This document shows positions 60,005 to 64,000 of a DNA stretch of 64,000 bases, piece by piece. The DNA comes from Candidatus Omnitrophota bacterium. Lineage in GTDB: Bacteria > Omnitrophota > Gorgyraeia > JAHIPI01. The notes under the pieces are model-generated. The model searched no databases, was not told where the DNA came from, and was given only the letters and a program-made list of their open reading frames with translations. The stretch spans positions 3,397 to 67,396 of the forward strand of contig JADHVZ010000006.1 in the NCBI GenBank assembly GCA_016783745.1, written 5' to 3'. Each line of letters begins with the position of its first letter. Positions within the stretch are counted from its first letter, which is position 1. The translations under genes were made by a program, and so were the position numbers.

Positions 60005-60448
60005 TCACTTGGCCTGGTGCATTTTTTTGATGAGGATATTGAATTTGCCTGCCAGGTCGTTTACGGAATCATTCTTTCTGAAATGAAGAAGATCCACCTT
60101 CTCTCCCTTCACAAGCTTATCGATGGTCTCTTCCATTTTATAGACAGGGCCCGCGATATGATGCGAAAACCTTATCCCTATATACGACAAAAGGATCGCC
60201 GTTATTACAACAAGGGAGGTCAACGCGTGGACCGAAAAACTGAGCGTGCCCTGAATATCGACATCCGCGATCATTGTCTCACCCATAATACGCTGCATAG
60301 CGTAAAGATAGGTCTTGTTTACTATATATAGCGAGCTTCCGAGCAATACGATCGGAATGATCGCCAATAACAGTAGTAGCACTACAAACTGTAGCTGGAT
60401 CCGCTTGTTTACCAAATAATGTGTACGCCTGTTCCATGGTATCATCAT
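60005..60448 (-). CDS. Small membrane protein: two TM helices followed by a HAMP domain, no output domain
   Basis: 147 aa; HHIAGPVYKMEETIDKLVKGEKVDLLHFRKNDSVNDLAGKFNILIKKM resembles a HAMP linker. Confidence 0.55.
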   Translation of the reverse strand: MMIPWNRRTHYLVNKRIQLQFVVLLLLLAIIPIVLLGSSLYIVNKTYLYAMQRIMGETMIADVDIQGTLSFSVHALTSLVVITAILLSYIGIRFSHHIAGPVYKMEETIDKLVKGEKVDLLHFRKNDSVNDLAGKFNILIKKMHQAK

Positions 60449-60522
60449 CGCTTCTTTCCTTCCTGGCCTCTTTCTTAAAGCTGAAACTGGTCTATTTTTT
60501 TATCCAATCTAACATTGTATAT

Positions 60523-61551
60523 TTACACCATCTGGTTTCTTATCTCTTTTTCTATTTTTTCAAGCACCTTCGGGTTTTGCTTGAGAAATAAGCGGGCATT
60601 CTCCCGTCCCTGGCCTATCTTTTCTTCTCCGAAAGCTATCCAGTTGCCGGTTCTTTTAAGAATGCCCATGCTTTCGGCCGCATCCAGAACGCCTCCGGTG
60701 CGGGAGATGCCTTCATCAAACATTATGTCGAATTCCGATTTCCTGAATGGCGGGGCTACTTTATTCTTGACCACATTCGCGCGGACCCTTGAGCCCACGA
60801 TCTCATCACCTTTCTTAAGTGAACCTATTCTTCTGAGATCGATCCTGACCGAAGAATAAAATTTCAAGGCGCGGCCTCCGGTTGTGGTCTCCGGATTGCC
60901 GAACATGACACCTATCTTCATCCTTATCTGGTTGATGAATATAACGCAGGTCTTTGATTTGCTTATACAGCCTGTGAGTTTTCTAAGCGCCTGGCTCATC
61001 AATCTGGCCTGAAGCCCCATGTGAGACTGGCCCATCTCGCCTTCGATCTCAGCTCTTGGGGTAAGGGCCGCTACAGAGTCAACTACTACAACATCAACAG
61101 CATTGCTGCGGACAAGGGTCTCGGCTATGTCCAGCGCCTGTTCCCCTGTATCAGGCTGGGATATCAATAACTCATCAAGATTAACGCCGATTTTCTTAGC
61201 GTAAGCAGCGTCGAAGGCGTGTTCAGCGTCTATGAAAGCGGCCTGGCCGCCCATTTTTTGCGCCTGTGATATTATGGACAATGTAAGAGTTGTCTTGCCG
61301 CTGGCTTCAGGCCCGAATATCTCTGTGACCCTGCCCCGCGGTAAACCGCCGACGCCTAACGCCATGTCCAGAAGCGCGGTTCCGGTAGGAATGCTGGGGA
61401 CATTAACCTTAAACCCATCACCTAACCTCATAATGGAGCCTTTGCCAAACTGCTTCTCGATCTGATTAATGGCCAGGCCCAGCGCTTTAGTCTTATTCTC
61501 TTTTTCGTCCTTTTTATCCTGAACCTCTTTGACCTCTATGACTTTGACCAT
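60523..61551 (-). CDS. recA: Recombinase RecA
   Basis: 342 aa; GPEASGKTT Walker A, L1/L2 loops. Confidence 0.95.
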   Translation of the reverse strand: MVKVIEVKEVQDKKDEKENKTKALGLAINQIEKQFGKGSIMRLGDGFKVNVPSIPTGTALLDMALGVGGLPRGRVTEIFGPEASGKTTLTLSIISQAQKMGGQAAFIDAEHAFDAAYAKKIGVNLDELLISQPDTGEQALDIAETLVRSNAVDVVVVDSVAALTPRAEIEGEMGQSHMGLQARLMSQALRKLTGCISKSKTCVIFINQIRMKIGVMFGNPETTTGGRALKFYSSVRIDLRRIGSLKKGDEIVGSRVRANVVKNKVAPPFRKSEFDIMFDEGISRTGGVLDAAESMGILKRTGNWIAFGEEKIGQGRENARLFLKQNPKVLEKIEKEIRNQMV

Positions 61552-61723
61552 GTAAACACCTCCTAATTTGTCTTAATAATATTAGACTGTTATTATACAT
61601 CCCTGCTAACTTTTTGTAAAGTGTATTATTGGGCATTTCAGCTCATATGCATCACCTCCTCACCTATATATACGTTTGAAACGGCGATTTCTTACATTAT
61701 TTTTTAAAAAAATACGCAAAGGC

Positions 61724-61752
61724 TTGTCTTATGCTTGATAATAAGCTATAAT
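61724..61752 (+). promoter_or_regulatory. Candidate sigma70-type promoter for cinA: -35 TTGTCT, 17-nt spacer, -10 TATAAT
   Basis: Seen directly ~30 bp upstream of cinA ATG in the recA/cinA divergent region. Confidence 0.4.
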
Positions 61753-61781
61753 TAGATATATTCGATCAGAAAGATGAGGCG

Positions 61782-63035
61782 ATGAAACCTAATAATGTAA
61801 GCGCGGAGATCATAGCTGTAGGAAGCGAGCTGCTTCTGGGGCAAATAGTCAATACAAACGCGGCCTATATTTCAACGAAGCTTTCCGAGATAGGCATAGA
61901 CCTTTTCCGCCAGTCAGTCGTTGGAGATAACCCCGAGCGGCTCACGGTTGCCCTGAAAGACGCTTTAAGTAAGTCTGATATTGTGATAACAAGCGGCGGG
62001 CTGGGGCCCACAGTTGACGATATAACTATGGCCGCAATAGCAAGCACGGTCTCCCGCCCCCTGATATTAGATGAAGAGATATGGAAGAGTATTAAAGATT
62101 TTTTTAAAAAGAGGCGCTTAAAAATGCCGCATTATGTATCAAAACAGGCGCATGTGCTTGAAGGTGCCCTGGCAATAAAGAATCCTGTAGGGACAGCGCC
62201 TGGGGTCATAATCGAGTACGGAAAAAAAACTATCATAGCCCTTCCCGGGCCTCCGCGTGAATTAAAACCCATTCTTGAAAAATCTGTCATCCCATATTTA
62301 AGAAAGAAATTCGGGAAGCGCTCGATCATACTCACTCGCTCTATCCGGACTGCGGGACTGCCCGAATCTTACGTTAATAAAAAGATCAGAAAGTTTTTGA
62401 TGATGTCAGGACAGGTGACTGCCGGTATTTATTCCCGTCCGAATGAGGTGGATATAAAAATAACCGCGAAAGCCGTAGATAAAAAAAGGGCCACCGCGAA
62501 AATAAAGAAAGTTGAGAAAAATATATTGAGCATTTTAGGAAAGGCGGTTTTTGGATTTGATGGTGACACGCTGGAACTTATTGTAGGAAAAGAACTTACA
62601 AAAAAACATATGACGCTCTCTATCGCCGAGTCCTGCACCGGAGGGCTGATATCCAGCAGGATCACAAATATCTCAGGAAGCTCCAAATATCTGGACAGGT
62701 CTATTATAACATACAGTGATAGATCAAAAATAAAAGAACTCGGCGTTAAGAAGGACCTTATCGCCAGGCATGGCGCGGTAAGCAGGCCTGTTGCTGTAGC
62801 AATGGCGAAAGGTATTCGCGGCAGGTCAGGTTCTGATGTAGCTTTAGCCGTTACGGGTATTGCCGGGCCTTCTGGCGGGACAGAGGAAAAACCCGTGGGG
62901 TTGGTTTATATAGCACTGGCAAAGCAAGGTAATGTGCGCTGCGTAGAGCGCCGTTACATCGGTAATCGAACTGATATTAAATACCAGGTATCGTCAGCCG
63001 CTCTGGAGTTATTAAGGAAAGAGCTCCTCAAATGA
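61782..63035 (+). CDS. cinA: Competence/damage-inducible protein CinA (N-terminal MoCF-binding domain + C-terminal PncC-like NMN deamidase domain)
   Basis: 417 aa; N-terminus AEIIAVGSELLLGQIVNTNAAY typical of CinA. Confidence 0.9.
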   Translation: MKPNNVSAEIIAVGSELLLGQIVNTNAAYISTKLSEIGIDLFRQSVVGDNPERLTVALKDALSKSDIVITSGGLGPTVDDITMAAIASTVSRPLILDEEIWKSIKDFFKKRRLKMPHYVSKQAHVLEGALAIKNPVGTAPGVIIEYGKKTIIALPGPPRELKPILEKSVIPYLRKKFGKRSIILTRSIRTAGLPESYVNKKIRKFLMMSGQVTAGIYSRPNEVDIKITAKAVDKKRATAKIKKVEKNILSILGKAVFGFDGDTLELIVGKELTKKHMTLSIAESCTGGLISSRITNISGSSKYLDRSIITYSDRSKIKELGVKKDLIARHGAVSRPVAVAMAKGIRGRSGSDVALAVTGIAGPSGGTEEKPVGLVYIALAKQGNVRCVERRYIGNRTDIKYQVSSAALELLRKELLK

Positions 63036-63601
63036 ATGATAAAATACGCTGCTTTATAGCGATCGAGCTATCAAAGGAGATAAAACAGGCTCTGGAAGAG
63101 ATCGAGAGCAAGCTGCAAGAGACGATTCGCGGCGTTAAATGGGTAAATCCGGATAATATCCATCTTACCTTGAAGTTTTTAGGTAATATCGAAGCAAGCG
63201 CGGTTGAAGATATAAAAAAGATCTTAGATGGCGCTGCATCCGGCGCCGGGCCTTTTAAAATAAAACTTTCAAACGCCGGAGCCTTTCCGGATCCGGCCAG
63301 GCCTCGCGTAATATGGATAGGTATTGACGAAGGCACAAAAGAAAGTACTGATCTGGCGGATCTGATCGAGCAAAAAGCTGAGCCTTTAGGTATTGAAAAA
63401 GAAGGCCGCCCTTTTCATCCGCACCTGACTTTAGCCCGGGTTAAATTTTTAAAAGATAGGGATTCCGTTAAAAACGCCTTCACTTCCCTGAAAGTACCGC
63501 ATGCTGAGATGACTGCCCCAAAAATCACACTCTTTCAAAGCAATCTTACCCCGCAAGGCGCTGTTTACACACCCATACATCAGGTAGAACTAAAAAAATA
63601 A
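63032..63601 (+). CDS. thpR: RNA 2',3'-cyclic phosphodiesterase (2H family, LigT/ThpR)
   Basis: 189 aa; two H-x-T-x motifs (HLTLKF, HLTLAR). Confidence 0.85.
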   Translation: MNDKIRCFIAIELSKEIKQALEEIESKLQETIRGVKWVNPDNIHLTLKFLGNIEASAVEDIKKILDGAASGAGPFKIKLSNAGAFPDPARPRVIWIGIDEGTKESTDLADLIEQKAEPLGIEKEGRPFHPHLTLARVKFLKDRDSVKNAFTSLKVPHAEMTAPKITLFQSNLTPQGAVYTPIHQVELKK

Positions 63602-64000
63602 GGGTAGATACGAAGTGTATCTGCCCATTACTTATAGGACAGCTTCTCATTAGAGGGCTATTGAGAGCTGTTCCTATTTGGTTGATGTTTTTTTATTCTA
63701 TTGTTTGGAATGGAGTCCTTTCAGCTCCGGGGGTTTTGCTGCTATTTGAGATCTTAGTACTACTTCTCCTTTCTTGCCCAGTCTATGGGGTTTTTAAAAC
63801 TCTTTGGTTAATGGTTAAATAAAAAGACATAAAAAAAACTAACTTTTACAACATTTTTAACTATTTCCATCTACCGTAGAGTGTACCATATGATATCTGA
63901 AAATTCAAGTGATGAAATCTTACTTTTTTATCTTTAACTAATTTTACTTGAGGAACGTTCTAGCTATCAAAAATACACATACAGCCAGGTAGGAATACAA

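Overview
This 64-kb window reads as one contiguous bacterial chromosomal segment of roughly 45-48% GC. Gene density is very high, with many overlapping start/stop codons. Every gene from position 1 to 61551 is on the minus strand; only the last two genes, cinA and thpR, are on the plus strand.

Recognisable housekeeping content, listed from the 3' end of the minus-strand array:
- groEL (partial) and groES, with a perfect CIRCE operator upstream.
- coaX, birA, uvrB, nadC, an rRNA pseudouridine synthase and valS.
- A citramalate/isopropylmalate-synthase-like gene.
- A threonine block: lysC, cstA, an ApgM-type putative homoserine kinase, thrC and hom.
- tRNA-Pro(GGG).
- gpsA, plsY, der and pgsA.
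- A BtuF-like substrate-binding protein next to a truncated ABC ATPase.
- lepB and lepA, a phosphohexomutase, rpe, an M50 protease, an M16 peptidase, ruvX and manC.
- A long co-directional his-trp array, hisD-B-H-A-F / hisI-trpE-G-D-C-F ... trpB-A, followed by alaS, a HAMP-only membrane protein and recA.

Two things stand out. First, a ~13-kb carbohydrate-active island sits between trpF and trpB. It carries a GH35-like beta-galactosidase, a GH94 cellobiose-phosphorylase-like gene, two paralogous pairs of secreted proteins (CBM-like and TIM-barrel, one of the latter fused to a TM anchor and TPR repeats) and an orphan sugar-binding protein. Second, about ten intergenic low-complexity dyad/tandem repeat elements are built from short family-specific words (gtcacc, ggggacg/gggacagacac, gttacgag, ggttttc/ccgtaaacc, caaataa). 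They lie between, and even inside, operons.

Other points:
- A small GIY-YIG gene sits between birA and uvrB, flanked by ~35-bp inverted repeats.
- An AT-rich insertion carrying a basic 162-aa ORF lies between plsY and gpsA.
- An ABC ATPase ends right after Walker B, immediately against one of the palindromic elements.

No CRISPR array, rRNA, integrase or recognisable transposase is present. Taxonomy cannot be assigned from sequence alone; an uncultivated lineage is plausible.
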